Below, piece after piece: positions 48,841 to 58,434 of a stretch of DNA of 64,000 nt. Below the pieces are notes generated by a model. That model was not told where the DNA came from. It did not search any database and saw only the letters and a program-made list of their open reading frames with translations. Made by a program: the position numbers and the translations under genes. Source of the stretch: Bryobacteraceae bacterium (GTDB lineage Bacteria; Acidobacteriota; Terriglobia; Bryobacterales; Bryobacteraceae); contig JAIEMJ010000030.1 of the NCBI GenBank assembly GCA_019752335.1, positions 86,597-150,596 on the forward strand, in the 5' to 3' direction. Numbering within the stretch: position 1 is the first letter of the stretch; every line of letters starts with the position of its first letter.

Positions 48841-49767
48841 GCCCAGCTTATGATGTTGCTCATTACATTTGTCGTTTTCGCCGTGGTTGCCGTGGCCATC
48901 TCCCTCATTGGGATGAAGCTGTGGGTGCAGCCCAAGGAGGCGATTGAGCGCGTCACCGGGAGCGGCTACGCGCAGGAAGAAACGCCCCTCCACCCGAGCC
49001 TGGTCTTCCGGGACCTGATGACCCGGCTGAGCGACGTGATGCCCGCGTCGCCCAAGGACGTGACGGCGATGCAGAAGCGCCTGATTCGGTCGGGCTTCCG
49101 CGGGCCGAACGCGCTCAAGATGCTGTACGGGGCGAAGGTAGCCTTTGGAGTCCTGCTGCCGGTGATCGCGGCCGTCACCGTGGCGAGCGCGAACACCGAC
49201 GGCACGATGAAGATCATCTTCATTGTGGCCGCGGCGGCGATGGGCTTTTTCGGTCCCAACGAATACGTCAAGATCGCGGGACAAAAGCGCCAGAAAGAGA
49301 TTCAACGCGGCTTGGCCAATGCGCTCGATTTGATGGTGGTTTGCGTCGAGTCCGGGTTGGGCCTCGATCAGGCAATCGTGCAGGTGGCCAAGGAACTCGA
49401 GCATGCCCACAAGGAGATCACCGAGGAGTTTGCCACGGTGAACTACGAGTTGAAGGCCGGGAAGCGCCGCATTGAGGCCTTGCGCAATCTGGCCGACCGC
49501 ACCACGGTCGAGGACTTGAAGAAACTGGTGGCGGTGCTGATTCAAGCCGACCGCTTCGGCACGGGCGTCGCGCAAAGCTTGCGCGCCCACGCGGACTATA
49601 TGCGCGTGCAGGCTCGGCAGATTGCCGAAGAAAAAGCCGCCAAACTGGGCGTCAAGCTCATCTTTCCGATCTTTTTCTGCATTCTGCCTTCGTTGTTCGT
49701 CGTCACCGTCGGTCCGGTGGTGATGAAGATCATCCGGGAACTGATCCCGATGATGAACAACATGTAG
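48841..49767 (+). CDS. tadC: Flp pilus assembly membrane protein TadC (T2SS-F family)
   Basis: Paralogous GspF-like domain. ATG at 48841 just after the tadB stop. The track start at 48757 overlaps tadB. Confidence 0.75.
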   Translation, partial: AQLMMLLITFVVFAVVAVAISLIGMKLWVQPKEAIERVTGSGYAQEETPLHPSLVFRDLMTRLSDVMPASPKDVTAMQKRLIRSGFRGPNALKMLYGAKVAFGVLLPVIAAVTVASANTDGTMKIIFIVAAAAMGFFGPNEYVKIAGQKRQKEIQRGLANALDLMVVCVESGLGLDQAIVQVAKELEHAHKEITEEFATVNYELKAGKRRIEALRNLADRTTVEDLKKLVAVLIQADRFGTGVAQSLRAHADYMRVQARQIAEEKAAKLGVKLIFPIFFCILPSLFVVTVGPVVMKIIRELIPMMNNM

Positions 49768-49853
49768 TTCCGGCGGGGAACCGCCGATAGATCAGTATCC
49801 GTCTGGCTGGGCAAGAATCCCGGCCAGGCGCCAAAAGGTAAGGAGACTTTCAC

Positions 49854-49949
49854 ATGGATTCATCGATGGTTCGTATTGTTTGCGCCGTCCTGGCGATTGC
49901 GTTTTTGGGGGTGATCGTCCTCCGCCGCAAGGGCAGCGCCGAAGACTAA
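49854..49949 (+). CDS. Small single-TM peptide (31 aa) with strong RBS, immediately downstream of tadC
   Basis: AAGGAG lies 8 nt upstream of the ATG. The sequence MDSSMVRIVCAVLAIAFLGVIVLRRKGSAED has a hydrophobic core followed by an RRK stop-transfer. It is too short for the ORF track. Confidence 0.4.
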   Translation: MDSSMVRIVCAVLAIAFLGVIVLRRKGSAED

Positions 49950-50172
49950 CGCCGGAGATCAACCGGCACGAGCGGCGTCGACGCTGGGAGCGTCCTCGCC
50001 GCGCTTGGCCCTTCGCGGCCAAAAGGCGAACCGTGGTCCGGTCGCGGCCAGCCAGCGCTCGTGGAGAACGCCTGGCGGAGCCGGCCCGGAGAGTTGATTC
50101 AGTCAAGAAGAAGACCCGCCGCGCTAGCGGAACGGGAAATAGCTGGGATCCGAAGAGAACGAGAGAAGAACG

Positions 50173-53100
50173 ATGATTGCGGAGCGACGTTACATGCTGA
50201 CGACTAGAGTATTTCTGTTTGCGTGCTGGCTCATGCTCGTGGAGGGCTTGTGGGCGGCGCCTTTTGGCCGGGTGATCCCGATTGGGGGGCAAGCCTCCGA
50301 TCTGGCGCTCGACGAAGCCAGGGGTGTCCTCTACATCGCCAACTTCACGGCGAACCGGATTGAAGTGATGTCCCTGGCCGATGGGTCGATTCAAACGTCG
50401 ATCAACGTAGCGGCGCAACCGGGCTCGATTGCGTTGTCGCCCGATGGCCGTTGGCTCTTGATCGCCCACTACGGCGCGACGGCCACGGGCACCGCGCCAC
50501 GCAACTCGCTCACGCTGATCGAACTGGCCAGCAATAGCCGGCAGAGCTTCGTTCTCGGCTCCCCGCCGCTCGGCGTGGCTTTCGGACTGGACAACCAGGC
50601 GCTGGTCGTCACGTCGAGCGAGTTCCTGCTTTTCGATCCCGTGCTCGGCACCACCCGGCTGCTGGACACAGTGCAAGGCGTGACCTCGAAGACGATTCCG
50701 CAACCCACGGGCTCTTTCCCCACCCAGATCACGACGGCTTCCGTGAACGTTTCGGGCGATGGCTTGTGGATTTATGGCCTTACCGATACGATTCGGTTCC
50801 GCTACGACGTGAATAACCGCGGTGTTTCGTCGCAAGGCTACACCTCATCACCCGCGCAGGCTCCGCGCGTGGTGAGCGTGAATCGCGATGGCTCGCGCGT
50901 CGCCATGGGTTGGGCGTTGCATGACCGGCGGGGCGTCTTGATTGCGCAGCATGGAAACGCGCTCGGCGCGCTGAACATTGGCGGCCACGTCATCGACAGC
51001 GCTCGCGGCGTCATCTACTCGCAGGTGCCGCCAGCTTCCCTGGTCACCGCACCTACCACGCCAACTACCCCCACCACGCCGACGACTCCGACCACCCCGC
51101 CCACCACGCCGGCACCCGGAGGCGGCACGGTCGGCACTCCGGCTGGGCCTGCCGTGGAACAAATCCTGCAGGTCGTCGACATCGACAACCTCGCCGTACG
51201 GGAACGAATCCAGATTCAAGAGAACCTGGCGGGCAAAGGCGTCCTCACCTCTGATAACAATACGGCCTACATGATCTCCGACAGCGGCATCACCATCTTC
51301 CCCGTTGGCCAATTGGGCCAAGCGCAGAAGCTGAACGCCTCGGTGTCGGACATCATGTTCCTCGGCAACTTCTGCGACCGCCGCATCGCGACGCAGGAAA
51401 TCACGTTAACTGACCCGAGCGGTGGCGCGACGGACTTCGCGATCACCTCCTCGCTGCCGGGAGTGGTCGTCAGCCCGTCCTCGGGCACCACGCCGGCCGT
51501 CGTGCGCGTTTCGATCGATCCCAATGCCTACGCTAACGCCCGGGGCACGATCACGGGCCGGTTGCTCTTCCGCTCCAACAGCGCCATCAACGTTCCGCCG
51601 GCCGTGCGCGTACTCATCAACAATCGCGAGCCCGACCAGCGCGGCGCAGCCATCAACATTAGCGGCAATCTGGTCGACCTGATCGCCGATCCCTCGCGCG
51701 ACCGTTTCTTCGTGCTGCGCCAGAATACGAACGAAGTGCTCGTCTTCGACGGCAATACTTACCAGCAGATCGCGACTCTGAAGACTGGCAACACGCCTAC
51801 GCAAATGGCCATCAGCTTTGACCGGCGCTGGCTGGTGATCGGCGCCGACAACTCGCAGATCGCTCATGTGTATGACCTCGAGACCTTGCAGCCTTCGACG
51901 CCGATCGTGATGCCCGGCGGCCACTACCCGCGTTCGATTGCCGCTTCGGGCCGCGCCATGCTCATTGCCTCGCGCGTCGCGGGCGCCGTCCACACGATCG
52001 ACCGTGTCGACTTCGCCGCCCGCGTGGCGACCGAACTGCCGACGCTCGGCGTGTGGGAGAACAATGTCGACATCAGCACGACGCTGGTGGCCTCGAGCAA
52101 CGGCAGCCGCATTCTCGCCGCCCAGGCGTCGGGCGCCATGATGCTCTACGACGGCAATGCCGACACCTTCACCGTTTCGCGTAAGGACTTTACGTCGCTC
52201 GGCGGAGCCTACGCCGCTTCGAGCTTTGACCAGTTCGTGGTGGGCAACATCATGTTCAACTCGTCGCTGGTGGCCACGCGCCGCTTCGACGCCGGCGCTG
52301 GCCTGACGTCCGGCTTCGCCTTCATTGACCAGGCGGCCCTACGTACCACGGCGGCCGCGGTCGACGCGCCCGGCATCATCCAGCGCGTGAACCTCGCCGC
52401 GGCCACGGACTCCCGCGCCACTCGCTTAATTGAATCTCCCGTACTCTCCACCACGCTACTGCCCTTTACCCGCAGCATCGCCGTCCTGCCCAGCCGCACC
52501 AACCTGATCGCGCTTACCGTCTCCGGCTTCACCGTGTTGCCTTGGAACTACGACACCGCCGTGGCCCCGCCGCGCATTGAGCGCGTCGTCAACTCGGCCG
52601 ACGGACAGCGTCCCGTGGCCCCTGGCGGCTTGATCTCGATCACGGGCCAGAACATGAGCCCGGTGAACGTGGCCACGCGCCAGATTCCGCTGCCCACCGC
52701 GTTAGGCGAAAGCTGCCTCACCGTGAACGGCGTGCCGATGCCCCTGATCTTCGTCAGCGACCGGCAGGTGAACGCGCAGTTGCCCTTCAATATCGATGGC
52801 AACGTTACGATGATCCTGCGCACCCCCGGCGGCGTCAGTGACAACTTTAACTTCCAGGTGCTGCCCACCGCGCCAGGCGTCTTCCGCCAGGCCGTCGACG
52901 GCTTGGGTGACGTCCCTTCCATCATCAACATTCGCAACGGTGGCCTGGTTACCGGCTCGAACCCGGTGAAGCGTGAAGACCGCATCACCATCTTCCTGAC
53001 GGGCCTGGGCCGCACGAATCCACAAATCGTGGAAGGCCTGCCCTCGCCTGACGCGCCACTGGCGGCCGCGCTGGTCGCTCCGCGCGTCCTGCTGGGCGGC

Positions 53101-53262
53101 CAGGAACTACCCATCGAATTTGCCGGCTTGACTCCTGGTCAGGTGGGCGTCTACCAAATCAATGCCCGCGTGCCGGTGAACGTACCGACCGGGCTCGAAA
53201 TTCCGCTCACCATTCAGCAAGGTAGCATCACTACCTCCGTAACGGTGCGCGTCATCAACTAG
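50173..53262 (+). CDS. Large secreted beta-propeller repeat protein with Thr/Pro linker and Solibacter-type C-terminal domain
   Basis: Signal peptide, YVTN-like beta-propeller repeats, a (TTP)n linker, and the C-terminal motif ...GVYQINARVPVNVPTGLEIPLTIQQGSITTSVTVRVIN resembling the TIGR03437 family. Confidence 0.7.
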   Translation: MIAERRYMLTTRVFLFACWLMLVEGLWAAPFGRVIPIGGQASDLALDEARGVLYIANFTANRIEVMSLADGSIQTSINVAAQPGSIALSPDGRWLLIAHYGATATGTAPRNSLTLIELASNSRQSFVLGSPPLGVAFGLDNQALVVTSSEFLLFDPVLGTTRLLDTVQGVTSKTIPQPTGSFPTQITTASVNVSGDGLWIYGLTDTIRFRYDVNNRGVSSQGYTSSPAQAPRVVSVNRDGSRVAMGWALHDRRGVLIAQHGNALGALNIGGHVIDSARGVIYSQVPPASLVTAPTTPTTPTTPTTPTTPPTTPAPGGGTVGTPAGPAVEQILQVVDIDNLAVRERIQIQENLAGKGVLTSDNNTAYMISDSGITIFPVGQLGQAQKLNASVSDIMFLGNFCDRRIATQEITLTDPSGGATDFAITSSLPGVVVSPSSGTTPAVVRVSIDPNAYANARGTITGRLLFRSNSAINVPPAVRVLINNREPDQRGAAINISGNLVDLIADPSRDRFFVLRQNTNEVLVFDGNTYQQIATLKTGNTPTQMAISFDRRWLVIGADNSQIAHVYDLETLQPSTPIVMPGGHYPRSIAASGRAMLIASRVAGAVHTIDRVDFAARVATELPTLGVWENNVDISTTLVASSNGSRILAAQASGAMMLYDGNADTFTVSRKDFTSLGGAYAASSFDQFVVGNIMFNSSLVATRRFDAGAGLTSGFAFIDQAALRTTAAAVDAPGIIQRVNLAAATDSRATRLIESPVLSTTLLPFTRSIAVLPSRTNLIALTVSGFTVLPWNYDTAVAPPRIERVVNSADGQRPVAPGGLISITGQNMSPVNVATRQIPLPTALGESCLTVNGVPMPLIFVSDRQVNAQLPFNIDGNVTMILRTPGGVSDNFNFQVLPTAPGVFRQAVDGLGDVPSIINIRNGGLVTGSNPVKREDRITIFLTGLGRTNPQIVEGLPSPDAPLAAALVAPRVLLGGQELPIEFAGLTPGQVGVYQINARVPVNVPTGLEIPLTIQQGSITTSVTVRVIN

Positions 53263-53311
53263 CCGCATGCACTTTGGTGTGCAGCGGCTAGCGGGGAAGG
53301 AAATCGTAAAA

Positions 53312-53965
53312 GTGAAGAGTTTGCTCCAATTGGGTGCAGCCGTTGCGCTGCTGCCGCTCGCGTCAAGTTCACTGGCGTATGCGCAGAAGTGGGAAATCGG
53401 TGGCGGGGCCGGGGGTAGTTTCTACACCAGCCAGACGGTGAGCCGCGCGAGTTTGAGCGCGAACGCCAAATTCGACTCTGGCTGGGGCGCGACGGGTTAC
53501 ATCGGCCACAACATGTACAGCCGCGTGGGGGGCGAAGTTCGTTATTCGTTTCTCAAGAACGACGCTAAGCTCTCCTCCGGGTCTGACCAGGCTACCTTCG
53601 GCGCCAACGCCCATGCGATCCACTACGACGTCCTGATCCACGCCACCAAAGTGGGCTCACCCATCCGGCCCTTTGTCGCCATCGGCGGCGGTATCAAGAT
53701 GTTCCGCGGCACCGGCAAGGAAGTCGTCGCCCAACGCCTCGGCAATCTCGCCTTCCTCACCCGGACCAACGAAGTGAAGCCGGTCATCACCTTCGGCGCC
53801 GGCGTGAAGCTGAACGTCTCCAAACGCGTCGGTTTCCGCGTCGAGGTGAAGGACTACTTCAGCCAGTTCCCCACGGACGTGATCGCCCCGGCCAGCGGTT
53901 CGAAGCTGAGTGGGAACTGGATTCACAACTTCGTCGCCATGGCGAGCCTCTCGCTACTCCTGTAA
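53312..53965 (+). CDS. Outer-membrane beta-barrel protein (OmpA-like/OmpW-like barrel domain)
   Basis: GTG start with an AAGGAAA RBS. Signal peptide ending AYA-QK, alternating amphipathic beta strands, and a C-terminal aromatic residue context. The track start at 53267 is in frame upstream. Confidence 0.65.
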   Translation: MKSLLQLGAAVALLPLASSSLAYAQKWEIGGGAGGSFYTSQTVSRASLSANAKFDSGWGATGYIGHNMYSRVGGEVRYSFLKNDAKLSSGSDQATFGANAHAIHYDVLIHATKVGSPIRPFVAIGGGIKMFRGTGKEVVAQRLGNLAFLTRTNEVKPVITFGAGVKLNVSKRVGFRVEVKDYFSQFPTDVIAPASGSKLSGNWIHNFVAMASLSLLL

Positions 53966-54940
53966 ACGTTTGCCGAAAACCGTACGGGGGTCGTAGAGCA
54001 GGAAATTCCTGGGGCCCGAGTTCATCGCGATGAACAGGCCGGACGGAAATTCTTGACCCAGCGGCGTGGAAGTCACTTCGATTCCATCCGTCGTGTCAGC
54101 GCCGCCCCGAAAAACGAACAACTCTGGATTGCCGCCCTGGCGATCAAAAACGTGATACTCGCTGTTTCCCGGCAACTGATCCGTCGAAATCAGAAACCCC
54201 GTTCCGTTCGGCCGCGAGTAAATTGCGAGCCCTTCCCGGTCTCCGCGAAAGCCGGACTTCGCGAATAAGGATAACTCCCGCGCGGCTTGCGGATGATCTG
54301 GATCCGCGTGGTACTTCCGAATGCCCGCGCCTTCATCTGAGTAGTAGACGACGCCCATCGCGTCGTCTACCACCACGGCCTCAATCTCCTTCGTCCCGCT
54401 AAAATTCCCAAAACGCCGCACCAGCTTACCAGTGACGCGATCGCCCTCGCGCTGTAACCGGTACTGATACAGATAGTCCCGCCGCGGACTTGTCGCACGG
54501 CCCTTCGGCGATACGATGGCAAAAATGGCGCCGTCGCGTGGACGCTTGTAGAGCCCAATCCCCATCGGCTCCGGGCAGCAGTCAATGGCGCCCGCGTCGC
54601 GCAAGCCGCTCGCATTCACAGCAAAAACACGCAAACGATTCGTGAGCCGCTCCGTGGCGACGGCGATGTCGAGGCCCGCCAAACCGTACTCGACGTCGAT
54701 ATTGTTCGGGCGGTCCACGCCGCTGATCCGCTGCTTCACCTGCCCGTCGAGCCCGAAGACATAGACCGCGCCGTTCGGCGCCTTTACCTTGTTCGTGCCC
54801 AGGATCAGGCTACGGGCCGGGTTCTGGACGTTTACCCAAATAGCCGGGTCGTCCGGGTCATCACTGACGGCCGCCGTCTGGCGGACCGGCTTCAAATCGA
54901 GGATTGCCGCGAGCGGCAAAAGCAGCAGGAGCCGAAACAT
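53954..54940 (-). CDS. Beta-propeller phytase (3-phytase, BPP family)
   Basis: Signal peptide, the DDPAIW motif and a BPP-like repeat architecture. Confidence 0.7.
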   Translation of the reverse strand: MFRLLLLLPLAAILDLKPVRQTAAVSDDPDDPAIWVNVQNPARSLILGTNKVKAPNGAVYVFGLDGQVKQRISGVDRPNNIDVEYGLAGLDIAVATERLTNRLRVFAVNASGLRDAGAIDCCPEPMGIGLYKRPRDGAIFAIVSPKGRATSPRRDYLYQYRLQREGDRVTGKLVRRFGNFSGTKEIEAVVVDDAMGVVYYSDEGAGIRKYHADPDHPQAARELSLFAKSGFRGDREGLAIYSRPNGTGFLISTDQLPGNSEYHVFDRQGGNPELFVFRGGADTTDGIEVTSTPLGQEFPSGLFIAMNSGPRNFLLYDPRTVFGKRLQE

Positions 54941-55059
54941 ATCGTCCTAGCGTAGCGAGCGCGCCGCTTCCGCGCAGTCATCGAACTGTGACACGCGTCC
55001 CCTAAACTTTTGTAAACCCTGCTGCAGGGCGGCAAAATGCGATTAGTCTGGTTAACAGA

Positions 55060-55746
55060 GTGCCTGAACGACTGCTGTTAATCGACGACGACGCCGACCT
55101 CGGTCCGCTGATGGCCGAGTTCTTCACCGAACGCGGCCTCACCCTGGACTGCGCCCTCAACGGACGAGCCGGGCTCGACTGCATCGCCGCCAACCCTTAC
55201 GACCTCGTGATCCTGGACGTCATGATGCCCGGCATGGACGGCTTCGAGGTGCTCCGTCAGTTGCGCGAAAAGTACAAAGTGCCCGTACTCATGCTCACCG
55301 CGCGCACCGAACAGGCCAGCCGCATTCGCGGTCTCGAAACCGGTGCCGACGATTACCTCCCCAAGCCGTTTGACCCGCTGGAACTCTTGGCCCGCGTCCG
55401 CGCCATTCTCCGCCGTGTGAACCCGTCCGTGGCGCCGAGCAAGGTACTCGAAGCCAGTGGCGTCCGCCTCGATCCAGGCGCGCGTTCCGTCACGCAGAAC
55501 GGTCAGCCCGTCACCGTCACTTCCATCGAATACGACATTCTCGAAGTGTTGATCCGCGCGGCCGGAACGGTAGTTTCGCGCGACGACCTGATGAATCGCC
55601 TTTACCAACGCGAAGCGACTCCGTTTGACCGCTCCATCGACGTTCATGTCAGCCACTTGCGCAAAAAACTCACGGACAGCGACGCCCTGATTCGCACCGT
55701 GCGCGGCATCGGCTATCAGTTCTGCGCGCCAGAGGCTACGCCATGA
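55060..55746 (+). CDS. OmpR-family response regulator
   Basis: Receiver domain (LLIDDD...DLVILDVMMPGMDG...K) and a winged-helix trans_reg_C domain. Confidence 0.9.
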   Translation: MPERLLLIDDDADLGPLMAEFFTERGLTLDCALNGRAGLDCIAANPYDLVILDVMMPGMDGFEVLRQLREKYKVPVLMLTARTEQASRIRGLETGADDYLPKPFDPLELLARVRAILRRVNPSVAPSKVLEASGVRLDPGARSVTQNGQPVTVTSIEYDILEVLIRAAGTVVSRDDLMNRLYQREATPFDRSIDVHVSHLRKKLTDSDALIRTVRGIGYQFCAPEATP

Positions 55747-57071
55747 AGGGCATTTTCCGTAAGATCCTGCTGTGGTTCGGTGGCCTGTTGGTCTTCAGCC
55801 TTTTTGCGTTTTTGGCTACCACGTGGTACTTCAACTTCCGGCCCAGCATCTTTGGCAACCTCAGGAAACTTCAGTTGGATGACGCGGTGATGGCGCTGAA
55901 ACTCGGCGGCAAGCCGGCGTTAGCGGATTACATGGCCCGTCTGAACGGCCAGTTCACGGCGACGCACTATTTGGTGGACGGCCAGGCGCGGGACGTCTTG
56001 ACCAGCGAAGACCGGCGTGAACTTTGGCAACGCGCCGTGACTCCCTCCAGTCCCCAAACCCGTCCGCGTCTACCTTGGTTCGGCCCGCCCGGCCGCGGCC
56101 CGGATCATCCGATGCGCGAAACGCTGCCCGATGGCAGCTATTCGCTCTTGTTGGTCCTGCCCGAGCCGGACTTCCGCAGTTCGATTTGGGGCAACCTGCC
56201 GAACTACCTCTGGATCGTTCTGGTCATTGTCCTGCTTTGCTACGCTCTCGCCGTCACGCTCGCCCGTCCGTTGCGCGACCTGCGCGAAACCATGGTCAAA
56301 TTCGGCTCCGGCGACCTCGATGTCCGCTCGCACCTCAAGCGCAAGGACGAAATCGGTGACCTCGCCAAGGCCTTCAACGACATGGCCGGCCGCATGAAGA
56401 CGCTGCTCACCGCCGAGCGCCGTCTCCTGCAGGATATCTCGCACGAATTGCGCTCGCCGCTCAACCGGCTGGGCTTTGCCATTGAATTGGCGCGGTCGAG
56501 CCCGGACCGCAACGGCGCCCTCGACCGAATTAAGCACGAAAGCAACCGCCTCACCAGTCTGGTGGGTGAGTTGATCCAGATGACCCGCGCCGAAGGCGAC
56601 CCCGACGAGCGCATCAACGAGCCGCTCGAACTGGCCGAACAGGTGGAGCACGTCGTGCGCGACGCCGAGATTGAGGCCGAGGTCCGGCAGGTAAAGCTCC
56701 TGCGACGCTGGTCAGGGAATTTTCGCGTCATGGGCGACCCCGTCCTGCTGGCTCGCGCGCTCGACAACGTCCTGCGCAATGCCATCCGCCACACCGCTAC
56801 GGGAACGGCGGTCGAAATCGGGATAGATGGCCAACCGGGCGAAGCCGTGGTCTCGGTGCGCGATCAAGGGCCTGGAGTGCCGGAAGAGATGCTGGCGTCG
56901 ATCTTCAAGCCGTTTTTCCGGGTGGAGAGTGATCGGGGCCGCGATTCGGGTGGAATTGGGCTCGGCCTGGCCATCGCGCAGCGCGCTGTGGTATTACACC
57001 ACGGGGAAATTTCAGCACATAACGCCAAACCAGGCTTGGTAGTGGAGGTCCGGCTGCCTTTGGCTGGATAA
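55743..57071 (+). CDS. Sensor histidine kinase (periplasmic loop, HAMP, HisKA, HATPase_c); CusS/CpxA-like
   Basis: Two TM helices, a HAMP domain, the H-box ISHELRSPLN, and N/G1/G2 boxes. Translationally coupled to the regulator (ATGA). Confidence 0.85.
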   Translation: MKGIFRKILLWFGGLLVFSLFAFLATTWYFNFRPSIFGNLRKLQLDDAVMALKLGGKPALADYMARLNGQFTATHYLVDGQARDVLTSEDRRELWQRAVTPSSPQTRPRLPWFGPPGRGPDHPMRETLPDGSYSLLLVLPEPDFRSSIWGNLPNYLWIVLVIVLLCYALAVTLARPLRDLRETMVKFGSGDLDVRSHLKRKDEIGDLAKAFNDMAGRMKTLLTAERRLLQDISHELRSPLNRLGFAIELARSSPDRNGALDRIKHESNRLTSLVGELIQMTRAEGDPDERINEPLELAEQVEHVVRDAEIEAEVRQVKLLRRWSGNFRVMGDPVLLARALDNVLRNAIRHTATGTAVEIGIDGQPGEAVVSVRDQGPGVPEEMLASIFKPFFRVESDRGRDSGGIGLGLAIAQRAVVLHHGEISAHNAKPGLVVEVRLPLAG

Positions 57072-57074
57072 AAG

Positions 57075-58364
57075 ATGACTTCTTTCACATTTCTTAACCC
57101 ACCTTACGGGTCTTTCGGCGTCTTATCTGTTGTGAGAACTCTGGGAATCTTGTTTTTTGCCTTCGCCTTGGCCGCCTTCGGGCAGCCCACGAGCGTGATT
57201 GGAACGATTACGTCGATTGACGCTGTCAAAGGCGAAATGACGGTGAAAAGGGATTCCGGCGAGAGTGTCGAGGTGAAGGTCGCTGTTGATCTTCCCGTCA
57301 AGCAAGTTCAACCTGGTGAAAAAGACCTGACCAAAGCCCAAGTCGTGGCCTTGGCCGGGCTCGCCAATGGCGACCGGGTGCTGGTTCGCGGGGCGCTCAC
57401 CGAGAAGACGGTTACGGCGAATAGCCTGATCGTCATCTCGGCCCGCGATATTAAGAAGCGCGATGACCAAGAGCGTCAGGAATGGACCCGGCGCGGCATG
57501 GTCGGTGTCGTCGACGCCGTCGATGCGGCTAAGGGCGAAGTGACGATTAAGACGCAGTCGATGGCCGGTCCGAAGCCGGTTACCGTCGTGCTCGGCGACA
57601 AGACCGTCTATAAGCGCTATGCGCCGGACTCGATCAAGTTCGCCGACGCTAAGGACGCCACCATGAAGGATCTGAAGAAGGGCGACCAGTTGCGCGTCCT
57701 TGGCGACAAAAACGAAGACGCGACGCGCATCACCGCCGAGCGCGCTGTCTTCGGTTCGTTTCGTACAGTGGCCGGCACCGTTACAGCCGTCGATCCCGCC
57801 GCGGGCGAAGTGAAGATTAAGGATTTGGCCTCCGGCAAGGCGATGCTCGTGCGCATCAAGCCGGATTCGCAGGTAAAAAAGATGCCCAACTTCGCGGGCA
57901 TGATGGGTGGCATGGGTGGTGGCCCCGGCGGCCCCGGCGGCGGCCCCGGTGGTGGAATGGGCATGGCCGGTGGACGTCCTCCCGGCGCTGGTGGTCCTCC
58001 CCCCGCGGCGGCAAGTGGCCGTCCCGCGGGCGCCCCGGGCGCCGGCGGCCCTCCCGGTGGCCCGCCGAGTGGCATGATGGGCGGCGGACGCCCCGGCGGC
58101 GGCGACATGATGGCCATGCTGGACCGCATGCCGCCCGCCAAGATTGAAGATATTAAGGTCGGCGAATCGATTGTGGTTTCGAGCACCGTTGGCGCGAAAT
58201 CCGACGAGATTACGGCGATTACGCTGTTAGCCAACGCGGACATGATCATCGCAATGGCGCAACGGCAATCGGGCGGAGCCGGTGGCGCGCCCGGCGGCTT
58301 AGGCGGACTCAGCCTGGGCGGCGGTGGGATGGAAATGGGTATGGGAATGATTCCCATGCAATAA
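57075..58364 (+). CDS. Secreted repeat protein with Met/Gly/Pro-rich low-complexity region (candidate periplasmic metal-binding protein)
   Basis: Signal peptide, three units of about 100 aa (...AVDAAKGEVTIK...), then GMMGGMGGGPGGPGGGPGGGMGMAGG..., MMGGGRPGGGDMMAML and GGMEMGMGMIPMQ. Confidence 0.6.
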   Translation: MTSFTFLNPPYGSFGVLSVVRTLGILFFAFALAAFGQPTSVIGTITSIDAVKGEMTVKRDSGESVEVKVAVDLPVKQVQPGEKDLTKAQVVALAGLANGDRVLVRGALTEKTVTANSLIVISARDIKKRDDQERQEWTRRGMVGVVDAVDAAKGEVTIKTQSMAGPKPVTVVLGDKTVYKRYAPDSIKFADAKDATMKDLKKGDQLRVLGDKNEDATRITAERAVFGSFRTVAGTVTAVDPAAGEVKIKDLASGKAMLVRIKPDSQVKKMPNFAGMMGGMGGGPGGPGGGPGGGMGMAGGRPPGAGGPPPAAASGRPAGAPGAGGPPGGPPSGMMGGGRPGGGDMMAMLDRMPPAKIEDIKVGESIVVSSTVGAKSDEITAITLLANADMIIAMAQRQSGGAGGAPGGLGGLSLGGGGMEMGMGMIPMQ

Positions 58365-58434
58365 GTAAAAGCCGATTGACCCACGTCGGACAATCCCAAC
58401 CAAACAAATAGTAATTAGTCGAAGGAAACTTTTC

